A stretch of 64,000 nucleotides of DNA, from positions 4,125-68,124 of the forward strand of contig CACYSU010000004.1 in the NCBI GenBank assembly GCA_902777205.1, read 5' to 3'. Each line of letters begins with the position of its first letter. The stretch's first letter is position 1. Both the position numbers and the translations under genes were made by a program. Shown in pieces: positions 18,554 through 27,936 of the stretch. A model generated the notes under the pieces. That model worked only from the letters and a program-made list of their open reading frames with translations. It did no database searches and had not been told where the DNA came from. This stretch comes from an uncultured Rhodospirillales bacterium. Its GTDB lineage: Bacteria; Pseudomonadota; Alphaproteobacteria; CAAGCB01; CAG-977.

Positions 18554-20083
18554 TCACCGTTCGGTGCAGCCGCAGGCGGACGTTCTTTTCTTGTCCGTCG
18601 CGCGGACGATGAAGGCGTTTTCGATCACGGTCAGCTTTTGCGACAGCATTTTGTTGTACTGTTTGTTCAAAATCGTCGCCGGACGGTATTCCCAGTTCGT
18701 CCCCGTTTTGGCTAAAGCCGCCTGCAATTCCCAGCGATAATTGAACCGCTGACCGGTCAATTCCTTGATTTGCGCCAATTCGTCGGCGGAAAACAGCCGG
18801 TTGTCCAGCGTTTCGATTTTGTCGGCATCAACGGACAATCGGACGTTTTCGGCGATATCCAGCATCTTTTGCTGCTGTGCGCCGGTCAGCTTGCCCAGCC
18901 GTCTTTCGACCGCGCGGATGAATTCGATTCCGGATCCGAACTTTTCCCCCTTCAGCGTGCTTAATTTACCGGCGGAAAATCCCTGATCGACAATGCGGTT
19001 GAACACCTTTTCCGATATGGTGTAGTTTTTCGGAACGTAAACCTGCTGATTGAACACGTTTTGCATAAAAAACAGCGAGAAAAAGCAGATTCCGGCGGCA
19101 ATGACGGGCGTGATCACCCAACCGCACATAATGCGTAGGACGACACTCCATTTAATGTTTTTCGCCGCCCCTTTGCACACGCCGATACCGATCACCGCGC
19201 CGACGACGGCCTGCGTCGATGAAACCGGCACCAAAGGAATGACCGGCAGATTGTGCGACGCCAAAAAATATTCCAACCCTTCGGATGCGAAAACGAACAA
19301 CACCATGGATTGCGCCAAAACGACGACCCACGCCGCGAACGGGGACAGCGGCATCAACCCTTTACCGACCGTCCCCATAACCTTGTAGGAATAGGTGAAC
19401 ACGCCGACGGCCGTCGCCACGGAACCGACGAAGAACAGTTGTTGTACGGCGGAAAAATGCAGTCCGCCGAACGAAAATTCCGAAAACGGCGCGACGGGAA
19501 CGAAGACGCCGACAACGTTTGCCATGTTGTTTGCGCCCAAAGAATACGCGCCGAACGCCCCCGTTAAAATCATCGCCAGACGTGTGCAGGCGTCGCGGCG
19601 CAGCAAATGGATTTTGACCGATCCCAACAGCTTTTTAAACACGATGTATAAAACGGCGGCGAACGTCGCGGCCAACAGCGGACACGCCACCCATGTCGAA
19701 GCGATCCGGACGATCGAATTGACATCGGTGACGGAATCGGTGAACCAGTTCCACCCGATGATCGCGCCGACGACGGCTTGGGACACGGAAACGGGCAAGC
19801 CGCATTTGATCATCGAATACACGGTGAACGCGGCGGCGAACGTTGTCACGAACGCCCCGCCGATCGCGTTGATCGCGCCCAAACTGCCCAAGGTGTAGGC
19901 CGCGCCGACGCCGCTGATCACGGCGCCCAGCATGATGAAAATGCTGCACACCACCGCGGCCGTTTTGAATTTCACCATACGGGTGCTGACGGCGGTTCCG
20001 AAGATGTTGGCGGCGTCGTTCGCGCCCAAAGACCACCCTAAAAACAGACCGCTGGACAGAAATACGATTCCCGAAGTCCCCAT
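18554..20083 (-). CDS. Inorganic phosphate transporter, PiT family, with a long C-terminal soluble extension
   Basis: GANDAANIFGT and GANNMANVVG signature repeats. About 165 C-terminal residues lie beyond the last TM helix. Confidence 0.9.
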   Translation of the reverse strand: MGTSGIVFLSSGLFLGWSLGANDAANIFGTAVSTRMVKFKTAAVVCSIFIMLGAVISGVGAAYTLGSLGAINAIGGAFVTTFAAAFTVYSMIKCGLPVSVSQAVVGAIIGWNWFTDSVTDVNSIVRIASTWVACPLLAATFAAVLYIVFKKLLGSVKIHLLRRDACTRLAMILTGAFGAYSLGANNMANVVGVFVPVAPFSEFSFGGLHFSAVQQLFFVGSVATAVGVFTYSYKVMGTVGKGLMPLSPFAAWVVVLAQSMVLFVFASEGLEYFLASHNLPVIPLVPVSSTQAVVGAVIGIGVCKGAAKNIKWSVVLRIMCGWVITPVIAAGICFFSLFFMQNVFNQQVYVPKNYTISEKVFNRIVDQGFSAGKLSTLKGEKFGSGIEFIRAVERRLGKLTGAQQQKMLDIAENVRLSVDADKIETLDNRLFSADELAQIKELTGQRFNYRWELQAALAKTGTNWEYRPATILNKQYNKMLSQKLTVIENAFIVRATDKKRTSACGCTER

Positions 20084-20095
20084 TTAAACCACCCG

Positions 20096-20758
20096 TCAGT
20101 TGTCGCGTTTGATAACGTAAATGGCCAGCTTGTCGGTGATGTCTTCGGCCATGTCGGCCAGATTGTCGATCATTTCGACAAAGCTGCAAACGTGCATTTT
20201 ATTGGCCAGCGGCAGATCCGACGAATAGACGGCGCGTTTGATTTTCGTGCTGATGCGGTCGGCTTCGCTTTCGTAAAAGCGGACTTTGTGAATATAGTCG
20301 CGGCAGGAATTGAAATCGCGGAAGAACGTGCGCGCGGCGATCGTGATCTGCTCGACCGAATTGGTGACGGATTCGACGATGGCCAGCACGTCGGGATGCA
20401 GTGTCGCGGGGAACACGGGCTGTTCGATGGTGAAGCGGTATCCGCTGGCGTCGTAGGCGTTCAAAATGGCGTCCAGATCTTCGACCAAACTCAAAACGTC
20501 GGCGCGCAAATCGGGGATCAGGTTCTGTTCGTACAGCCCCGTTTCGATTTCGCGGCGCAATTCGTCGGCGCGGGATTCGATGTGCCCGATCTGGTCGGCG
20601 TGAGTGACGAAATCCTCGGTCACGCCGTGTTCCAAAAAGACGTGAATGGCTTTTTTATAAATCAAACCGGCTTCGGAAATACGGTCAAGAAATTCGTCGA
20701 TTTTGTTTTCCAGCGCGCGGCTGCTGTAAAACATGGACAAGCCTTTGGATAAATTCAT
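20096..20758 (-). CDS. DUF47 (TIGR00153) PhoU-like phosphate transport regulator
   Basis: 220-aa helical protein immediately upstream of PiT, the conserved DUF47-PiT pairing. Confidence 0.85.
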   Translation of the reverse strand: MNLSKGLSMFYSSRALENKIDEFLDRISEAGLIYKKAIHVFLEHGVTEDFVTHADQIGHIESRADELRREIETGLYEQNLIPDLRADVLSLVEDLDAILNAYDASGYRFTIEQPVFPATLHPDVLAIVESVTNSVEQITIAARTFFRDFNSCRDYIHKVRFYESEADRISTKIKRAVYSSDLPLANKMHVCSFVEMIDNLADMAEDITDKLAIYVIKRDN

Positions 20759-21177
20759 TTCAATTCCTCATTTCATAAAAAAAACAACCCGCGGGGTCGC
20801 CTTATGATCCTTCAGTTTATCCGATTATCCTAGCAACTGGTAAAAAGAATGTAAAGTGCTAAGCGAAAACAGGCTGGGATGCCTGTTTTCGTCTGCAAAC
20901 TCAATGAGCCTTGGCGAAACGAGACCGCGGAAGCGGTCGAAGGCGAGCCATAGGCGCAATTGGCTAAGCGAAAACAAAAAACGCCGCCGCATCCTGCCTA
21001 CGCCCGCAACCACCAAAAGTTGACCGGCCTTTTTCGTCCGCCGCCACTTTCCGGCGCAACGGCGGATACATCTTTTAGATGAAAATTTCAATTCAAGCAA
21101 CTTTTTATTTTACAAACCTTTTGATGCTCATATATCATATGCATAACCATTTAAGATTTAATATTTTGGATAAAAAA

Positions 21178-22110
21178 ATGAAACGGTTTTCTCTTTTCGC
21201 TTTTTTGTTGCCGCTGGTCGGATGCGGGTCGGTCATGCACGGCCCGATGCAAGAACTGCATTTCGACAGCAGCGTGAACGACGTTCAGATATCCGGACTG
21301 CCCGTCGCGTGCACCACCCCGTGTTCCGTGTGGATCAAACGCAGCAACAATCCGCTGTACCTGACCGCGCGCAAACAGGGGTACAAAACGGTGCAAGGAA
21401 CGATCACCGTGTCGTTCAGCCCCTTTTTCATGTTCGGCACGACCACCGGCGGCGTGTATTCGACCACGACGGACTATCTGTCCGGCAGCATTTACCGCTA
21501 TGACGCCGACCGGTATTTTTTCGACATGGTGCCGGAAAACGGTTACGAGGAAAGCGACGACGACAAAATCCGCCGTTTCATCCTGACGAATTATTTCGAG
21601 CTGGAAAAAGAGCTGGCGCAAAGGCAAGCGGGCGAATACCTGCGCGAATTGTCGCAGCTGGCGCAAATTCCGGCGGACGATTTGATCAAAATGGACGAAT
21701 GCCGATCCGCCGCGGATTACGCCGACGCGGTGTTGAAACGCTACAACGATGTCGCCCCCGCCATGGACGAAAACGGCCGGCGCGCGCATTACCCCGACTG
21801 GGTCGCTTTGTATGAAAAGGAAGGCTACATCGGCCAAACCGACCGCAGCAGCATCACCTATATCGGATACGGCGAGGGCGCCACTTTGCAGGCGGCGAAA
21901 AAAGCCGCCGTTCAGGACATTTACAACAAAGCCAGCGCGCCCGTCACAGGCCGTCTGGACGGTTCGGTCAAAGTTTCATTGAAAGGATTGCGCCTGTTTT
22001 CCGAATTCAAATACAAATCCGGAAACACGTTCAAAATGTGGCTGATGTACCGTTATCCCAAATCGCAGCTGGAATCGGACAGAAAGGAATACGGCAACAA
22101 CCGGCCGTGA
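21178..22110 (+). CDS. Lipoprotein with an N-terminal PEGA-like domain
   Basis: MKRFSLFAFLLPLVGC lipobox. The ISGLPVACTTPCSVWIKRSNNPLYLTARKQGYKTVQGTITV pattern is PEGA-like. The ATG at 21178 is preferred over the ORF-track start. Confidence 0.6.
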   Translation: MKRFSLFAFLLPLVGCGSVMHGPMQELHFDSSVNDVQISGLPVACTTPCSVWIKRSNNPLYLTARKQGYKTVQGTITVSFSPFFMFGTTTGGVYSTTTDYLSGSIYRYDADRYFFDMVPENGYEESDDDKIRRFILTNYFELEKELAQRQAGEYLRELSQLAQIPADDLIKMDECRSAADYADAVLKRYNDVAPAMDENGRRAHYPDWVALYEKEGYIGQTDRSSITYIGYGEGATLQAAKKAAVQDIYNKASAPVTGRLDGSVKVSLKGLRLFSEFKYKSGNTFKMWLMYRYPKSQLESDRKEYGNNRP

Positions 22111-22131
22111 CCGACCCGCGGCGTCCCGCCC

Positions 22132-22899
22132 CTATTTCCTGTTCCGCACCAAACGGTAGGACAGCATCACGACCGCGAACGTCGCGAAAAACAGCGCGGC
22201 GCACAGCGCGTTCACATCCGGCTGGATGCCTGTTCTGACCATGGAATAAATCTTCATCGGCAGGATTTCGTAATTCTTGCCGCCGACGAAAAAGCTGATG
22301 ATCACGTCGTCGATCGACAGCGTAAAGCTTATCAGCCAGCCGGCGAACACGGCGGGCAAAATCAGCGGGATCAGGATGAACCGCACAATATCGACATCCG
22401 ACGCGCCCAGATCGGCGCCCGCTTCGGCCAAATTGCGGTTGACGCCTTTCAGCCGCACCAAAACGGTGATCGTGACGAACGGGAAACAAAACACCGTGTG
22501 CGACAACAGCAGCGTCGAAAAGCCCAGCGGAATCCCCAAAATCACAAAGATCATCACCAAAGAGATGCCCTGAATGATCTCCGGCGACAGCATGATCACG
22601 GACAACGACCCGTAAACGACCTTTTGCCCGATGAAACGGTAGCGGTGCAAAGCGATCGCGATGATCGTTCCGACCACGGTTGACGTTGTCGCCGTGGACG
22701 CCGCCAAAAACAGCGACCGCAAAGCGGAGTTGATCAGGCTTTTGTCCGCGAACAGGCGTTCGTACCATTTCACCGTAAATCCGAACCACGCGTCCGCGGA
22801 AACCGAATCGTTGAACGAAAAGCAGATCGTCACCAGCAAAGGCGCGTACAAAACCAGATAAACCGCGCCGACATACAGATATTTCAACGCGTTTACCAT
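22132..22899 (-). CDS. potC: Polyamine ABC transporter permease (PotC-like)
   Basis: Six-TM permease with an EAA-loop-like NLAEAGADLGAS. Overlaps potB by 7 nt. Confidence 0.85.
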   Translation of the reverse strand: MVNALKYLYVGAVYLVLYAPLLVTICFSFNDSVSADAWFGFTVKWYERLFADKSLINSALRSLFLAASTATTSTVVGTIIAIALHRYRFIGQKVVYGSLSVIMLSPEIIQGISLVMIFVILGIPLGFSTLLLSHTVFCFPFVTITVLVRLKGVNRNLAEAGADLGASDVDIVRFILIPLILPAVFAGWLISFTLSIDDVIISFFVGGKNYEILPMKIYSMVRTGIQPDVNALCAALFFATFAVVMLSYRLVRNRK

Positions 22900-23756
22900 A
22901 TCGGCTGCTCCTGATCGACGGAATTGCCGCTTTTATAATACAAGTGCAGCAAAAACAGCATGAACACCGTCAGCGCGACGTTGATCGCCGCCCCGACCGG
23001 CCAATCCTTGACAATCATGAACTGGTCGCGGATCACGCTGCCCAGCACGGCGGAATCCGCGCCGCCCAGAATGTCGGAAACGTAAAACAGCGTCAGCGCC
23101 GGCAAAAACACCATGATGCACCCCGCGACGATCCCCGGCGCGCTGATCGGCACGACGACGCGGAAAAACGCCGCCATCGGCCCCGCGCCCAGATCCTCCG
23201 CCGCCTCCAGCAGGCTCAAATCCAGCTTTTCCAGCGTGGCGTACAGCGGCAAAATCATAAACGGCAGCAGCGTGTATGTCATCCCCGCGAACACGGCCGC
23301 GTTGGTATAAAGCACTTTCAGCGGTTCGGAAATCCAGCCGTGTTTCATCAAAAAGGTGTTCAGAATCCCGTTTTCGCTCAAAATCGAAATCAGCGCGTAG
23401 TTGCGGATCAGCGAATTCGTCCAAAACGGCACGATGATCAGCATCAAAAACAGCGCGCGGCGTTCGCGGGCGAAACGCGCGATGAAATAGGTGAACGGAT
23501 AGGCGACGACCAGACAGAACAGCGTCGTGCAAACCGCCAGATTCAGCGATTTCAAAATCACCGTCAGCAACTTCGGATCGCTCAGCGCGGCATAGTTTTC
23601 CAAATTCAGCGGCAGCCGCAGGTACCACACGGGATCCTGCGACAGGAAACTGGCCAGCAGCACCAGCAAATTCGGCGCGAACACCATCACCCCGAACCAG
23701 ATGAAAATGAAATACAGCACCGCTTGGCGGCAGAAATTGTCGGCCGTTTTAAGCAT
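22893..23756 (-). CDS. potB: Polyamine ABC transporter permease (PotB-like)
   Basis: EAAEDLGAGPMAAFFRVVVP EAA loop. Overlaps the potA stop. Confidence 0.85.
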   Translation of the reverse strand: MLKTADNFCRQAVLYFIFIWFGVMVFAPNLLVLLASFLSQDPVWYLRLPLNLENYAALSDPKLLTVILKSLNLAVCTTLFCLVVAYPFTYFIARFARERRALFLMLIIVPFWTNSLIRNYALISILSENGILNTFLMKHGWISEPLKVLYTNAAVFAGMTYTLLPFMILPLYATLEKLDLSLLEAAEDLGAGPMAAFFRVVVPISAPGIVAGCIMVFLPALTLFYVSDILGGADSAVLGSVIRDQFMIVKDWPVGAAINVALTVFMLFLLHLYYKSGNSVDQEQPIW

Positions 23757-24861
23757 CGGGCAGAATGACCTCCCAATCCTTGATCCAGCTGACGTTCACG
23801 ACATCGTTGACTTCGTAAATGATATCGGGGTCGTCTTCGTTGAAAAACTGGGTCGCCATGACCATGTTGCCGCCGGCCGTTTGAATCCACAAATCAATCG
23901 TGCGGCCTTTGTAAACCAAAAAGCTGATCACGCCGCGCAAAGCGTTTTCGGGGGCCTCGGCCTCCGGATCGTTGACCTTGCTGACGACCATGTCTTCGGG
24001 GCGCAGCAAAACCTTGATTTTCGACCCGCGCACGACCTCGAACGACGACGGTTTGCGCAAACGGTAAAACATCCCTTCGACGATCGTGTCGAAATCGTCG
24101 TCGCCGACTTTGATGACCATGCCGTCGAACACGTTGATTTCGCCGACGAATTTGGCGACGAACATATTTTTCGGTTCTTCGTAGATTTGGATCGGCGTGC
24201 CGACCTGTTCGATCATGCCTTCGTTCAAAACGGCGACGCGGTCGGACATGGCCAAAGCCTCTTCCTGATCATGGGTGACGTAAACGAACGTCATGCCCAA
24301 ATCGCGCTGCAATTCTTTCAATTCGATCTGCATTTCCTGACGCAGGCGGTAGTCCAGCGCGGAAAGCGGTTCGTCCAGCAACAGGATTTTCGGGTTGTTG
24401 ATGAACGCCCGCGCCATGGCGACGCGCTGCTGCTGGCCGCTGGACAGTTCGGCCGGAAACCGCAGGGAGAATTTGTTCATTTTGACCTTTTCCAGCGCGG
24501 AAAAGACCTCGACCTCGATTTCCTCTTTGGGCACGCCCTTCATTTTCAAACCGAACGCGACGTTGTCGAACACGGTCATGTGCGGGAACAGGGCGTATTG
24601 CTGGAACACCATGTTGACGGCGCGGCGGTTCGGCGACAGGTAGGATATTTCCTTGCCGTTCATGATGACTTTGCCGGTCGTCGGGCGTTCAAACCCCGCG
24701 ATCAGGCGCAGCAAAGTCGTTTTGCCGCATCCCGACGGCCCCAGCAGCGTCAGAAATTCGCCGTCGTTGACGGTCAGATCGACGTCGTCCAGAACTTTGT
24801 TCGCCCCGAAAAATTTTGTAACGCTTTTCAGTTCCAGCAGCGGAACGGGAGGTTTTTCCAT
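23749..24861 (-). CDS. potA: Polyamine ABC transporter ATPase (PotA-like)
   Basis: GPSGCGKTT Walker A, LSSGQQQRVAMARA signature, LLLDEP Walker B and a C-terminal TOBE-like domain. Confidence 0.9.
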   Translation of the reverse strand: MEKPPVPLLELKSVTKFFGANKVLDDVDLTVNDGEFLTLLGPSGCGKTTLLRLIAGFERPTTGKVIMNGKEISYLSPNRRAVNMVFQQYALFPHMTVFDNVAFGLKMKGVPKEEIEVEVFSALEKVKMNKFSLRFPAELSSGQQQRVAMARAFINNPKILLLDEPLSALDYRLRQEMQIELKELQRDLGMTFVYVTHDQEEALAMSDRVAVLNEGMIEQVGTPIQIYEEPKNMFVAKFVGEINVFDGMVIKVGDDDFDTIVEGMFYRLRKPSSFEVVRGSKIKVLLRPEDMVVSKVNDPEAEAPENALRGVISFLVYKGRTIDLWIQTAGGNMVMATQFFNEDDPDIIYEVNDVVNVSWIKDWEVILPDA

Positions 24862-25003
24862 TTCTTCTTCACCTGTCAGAAAAGGCCTGTTTGATCAGAC
24901 GGTATAATATCGTAACTTTCCCAAGAAAAAAGTTTTTTTTAAAAGCGGCTTTAAAAAATCGGAAAACGGGGTAGAATACGGCGCGTCAGTCAAAGGGAAA
25001 GCC

Positions 25004-25576
25004 ATGAACAAACGCCGTCGTTTTTTGCATATGCTGCGCAAAAACTTCCGAAAAAAGCGGGCGAAAACATATCCGTCGCCGGATGTCCGCCCCGTCGCCG
25101 GATGCATTTTGAAATGCGATCTGGGCGTTTTGCTGGAACACACGGGCGTTTACATCGGCAAAGGCCGCATCGTCAGCCTGAACCGCCACAGCCAGATCAA
25201 AATCGAAAACGAAAACGGATTTTTCCCGCCCGGAACGAACCCGAAATCCAACCGCATTTACGCCGCCTGCTACGGCGACACGGACGAACCGCTGACCTCC
25301 GCCGCCGCCGCGCGGCGCGCCAGAAAGAAAATCAACGGCAAAACGCCTTACAACGTTTTGTTCAACAACTGCCACCGGTTCACGTCCGGATGCATCACCG
25401 GAAATTTTGAAAACGACGTTGTTTCCTTTTCCCAGCTGGAGGATGTCATTTTCGCGCACCAAGAGGAAATGCGCCGCAAAAAACCGTGGTGGCAAAGGCT
25501 GTACCGGTTTGTGGCGCGCAAACGCGATCCCGAACCCGCGGCGACGTTCAACTGGCGTCCCGTGAAATTCAAATAG
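25004..25576 (+). CDS. LRAT/H-rev107-like NlpC/P60-superfamily protein (putative acyltransferase or phospholipase)
   Basis: LEHTGVYIGKGRIVSLNRH (two His 13 residues apart) followed by NNCHRFTSGC, the His-His-Cys pattern of the LRAT family. Both termini are very basic. Confidence 0.65.
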   Translation: MNKRRRFLHMLRKNFRKKRAKTYPSPDVRPVAGCILKCDLGVLLEHTGVYIGKGRIVSLNRHSQIKIENENGFFPPGTNPKSNRIYAACYGDTDEPLTSAAAARRARKKINGKTPYNVLFNNCHRFTSGCITGNFENDVVSFSQLEDVIFAHQEEMRRKKPWWQRLYRFVARKRDPEPAATFNWRPVKFK

Positions 25577-25577
25577 G

Positions 25578-26810
25578 TCAGGCGCGTTCCCGTTCGCCGT
25601 CGCGTTCCATCCAATCGTCCCGTATTCCGCGGCGCGCGTTGGCGCGGTTGATTTCGGCCTTGCGCGACACGGACAGATCAAGTTCGGAAACCAGACGCCG
25701 CCCCTCCGTTTCCTCCAGCCTTTGTTCGTAATTTTCACGGATGCGGCGCGCCTGACGCATGACCTCGGCCGTCCGTATTTCCGCCAGCGTCCGCGCGGCG
25801 TAATCACCGGCGTAATCGTCCCGTTCCGCGTGACGCGCGATGTTTTCAAACATACTTTCGGCCTTGGCCGTTTTGCCGCTTTCGTAATACGCGCGCGCCA
25901 GCAACGCGTCCGTCAGCGTGCTTTCCGCGTCACATTCCTTTGATTTTTTCAAGGATTCAAAGCTTTTTTCGGCGTCATACGGCCGCGACAAAACACCGGC
26001 GGCGCGGTACAAAACGGCCGCCCGCTCCACGGCGGGGGCGCGCACGTCCGCGCGGTGCGAACTTTCCGCCTTGTGCAGTTCCGCTTCGGCGCGGCGTTCC
26101 AGAAAACCGACCGCCGTTTCGTAATCCCCGCGTTTCAGCGCGCTTAACGCGGCGTGCTGTTCAAACAAAGGATCGACGCCGATCACGGCCGTGGCCTTTT
26201 CACGGTCGGCGTTTTTCAATAAAAAACATTCGATCGCTTCGATCAGCGGGCGCAGCTCCATCACGGGAATCTGCTCGACCGTCCGGCCGATCAAAGCCTT
26301 CGCCGTTTGCCCCGCGTTCGCCCCCCGTTCGATCAGCGCGGCGATTTCCGCGGCCAGATCGGCGTATTTTTCCCGCAGCTTTTGCAAATCGGGACGTTCC
26401 AGCCCCAATTCCTCCAGCTCTTTATCCTCGGCCGTTTTCTGTTCTTCCCGCGGATTGTCCTTTCCCTCGTCGAACAGGGCGAACAGCTCTTTCAGCTGTT
26501 CCTGCGCGCGTTTTTGCTCCGCGTCCTTTTCCGCCTGCCGGTCGTTCGTCTTTTCGACCGTCCTGTCGCCGCCGCCCGAATTTCCCGCGCCGTCGCCGTC
26601 CGGCTGCGAATCGGAAACATCCGGAACGGACGGGACGGCGGACTGTTTTCCCGCGGCCGGCTTGCCGCCCAGAATTTTCAATCCCGCGCGCACGGCCACG
26701 GCCAGAAAAACCGTAATGCCGGCGATTCCGCCGTATTCATATACATACGGCGCGGCGGTTTCCAGCCAGCCGTCCCACAAACCGGAAATGTCAAACGGCG
26801 AAGAAAGCAT
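25578..26810 (-). CDS. Membrane-anchored protein with an acidic coiled-coil linker and a TPR/Sel1-like C-terminal region
   Basis: 410-aa ORF with an ATG start and a TM helix (GGIAGITVFLAVAVRAGLKIL). Helical-repeat-like C-terminal half; no catalytic motif. Confidence 0.55.
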   Translation of the reverse strand: MLSSPFDISGLWDGWLETAAPYVYEYGGIAGITVFLAVAVRAGLKILGGKPAAGKQSAVPSVPDVSDSQPDGDGAGNSGGGDRTVEKTNDRQAEKDAEQKRAQEQLKELFALFDEGKDNPREEQKTAEDKELEELGLERPDLQKLREKYADLAAEIAALIERGANAGQTAKALIGRTVEQIPVMELRPLIEAIECFLLKNADREKATAVIGVDPLFEQHAALSALKRGDYETAVGFLERRAEAELHKAESSHRADVRAPAVERAAVLYRAAGVLSRPYDAEKSFESLKKSKECDAESTLTDALLARAYYESGKTAKAESMFENIARHAERDDYAGDYAARTLAEIRTAEVMRQARRIRENYEQRLEETEGRRLVSELDLSVSRKAEINRANARRGIRDDWMERDGERERA

Positions 26811-26913
26811 TTTGATCCGTTTTTTGATAATAAGGTTGCGTTATTTCATAAATAACAGTAGGTTATCTTTATTTCAACGAACATTCCAGAGTTATTTTCA
26901 CCAGAGGCGGGAA

Positions 26914-27936
26914 ATGGGCTATTTGTCGAAACGAAAATTTGAAGAACGGGAAAACTGCCTGATCACGGGTCTGCTGTTTTTAATCCCCGCCCTGACATTG
27001 CTGGGAACGCTGGGACGCAGTCTGGATTGGCGGCTGGATTATCTGGGCGAATTCAAAATTCAGGCGGCCTGCCTCAGCTTCGCTCTGTTCATCCTGTGCG
27101 CGTTCAAACGCGCGTGGGGGAAAATGCTGGTTTTCCTGCTGTTCGTTTTGCTGAATCTGGCGTTGGTCGCGTCACATTCCTACCTGTTTCAAAAGGAATC
27201 CGCCCTGCCCGACGATTCACACGTTTTCAGCGTGCTGTACCAAAACCTGAAAGGGGCGGAGCATAAACCGGAAAAGATCCGCGAAATGCTGGACAACGCG
27301 CCCGAGGATTTCGTTTTGCTGACGAACGTCCCCGTCGAAATCTACCGCCACCTGTCGGAAATGACCGGATCGTTCCAGCTGCAGAACCAGACGCTGGACA
27401 CGACGGGGAAAATGAAGCTGATCCTTGCCCGCACCCCCGGCGTCGATCGCGGCGAAACCGCCGGAGAGGACGGCCTGTGGGTGTCGCGCGTCGTCGGGTC
27501 GCGCAAACTGACCCTGCTTTTGACGAATTTCGACGATCCGTGGCACAAGAAAGCCTACGCCCGCACGAAACAAAAGGTGGCCGAACTGGCCGAATTCGCG
27601 CGCGGCCGCGACGAACCCGTGATCGTCATGGGCAATTTCGGCGCGTCGGGGTGGAGCTGGCTGCTGCGCGATCTGGAAACCCGCGGCGGTTTGAAACCGC
27701 AGGGCCGCCTGTCCGAATCCGGCACGGACAAACCGCTGATCACCCGCCGGCCGACCGACCACATCTACACCCATCCTGGGATCGAGGTCGCCGACATCCG
27801 CGCCGTCGATTTGATTTCGACGGGACACAACGCCATTTCCGCCGTGTTCAAAATCGCGCCGGCGCGAAAGGAAATCGAATTTCTGGAATTGCAGCCTACT
27901 TTGGCCGAGGAAGACCTGCTGCTTCCCCCCACATAA
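26914..27936 (+). CDS. Membrane-anchored endonuclease/exonuclease/phosphatase (EEP) family protein
   Basis: 3-4 N-terminal TM helices followed by a domain ending in RRPTDHIYTHPG (EEP catalytic D-H context). The upstream 241 codons of the ORF-track frame are antisense to the neighbouring gene and are rejected. Confidence 0.7.
   Translation: MGYLSKRKFEERENCLITGLLFLIPALTLLGTLGRSLDWRLDYLGEFKIQAACLSFALFILCAFKRAWGKMLVFLLFVLLNLALVASHSYLFQKESALPDDSHVFSVLYQNLKGAEHKPEKIREMLDNAPEDFVLLTNVPVEIYRHLSEMTGSFQLQNQTLDTTGKMKLILARTPGVDRGETAGEDGLWVSRVVGSRKLTLLLTNFDDPWHKKAYARTKQKVAELAEFARGRDEPVIVMGNFGASGWSWLLRDLETRGGLKPQGRLSESGTDKPLITRRPTDHIYTHPGIEVADIRAVDLISTGHNAISAVFKIAPARKEIEFLELQPTLAEEDLLLPPT

Noticed and set aside
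20825-21100. 91-aa minus-strand ORF in the long DUF47-PiT upstream region.
   Set aside because: It has no SD and a low-complexity basic sequence, and it overlaps hairpin-rich DNA. The region is more plausibly non-coding leader or regulatory sequence.
24862-25003. TATAAT-like hexamer (GGTATAATA, about 24901-24909) and TAGAAT (about 24972-24977) as promoters for the divergent potA and LRAT-like genes.
   Set aside because: I could not find convincing -35 elements at proper spacing. AT-rich hexamers occur by chance in this intergenic region, so I do not report them as features.
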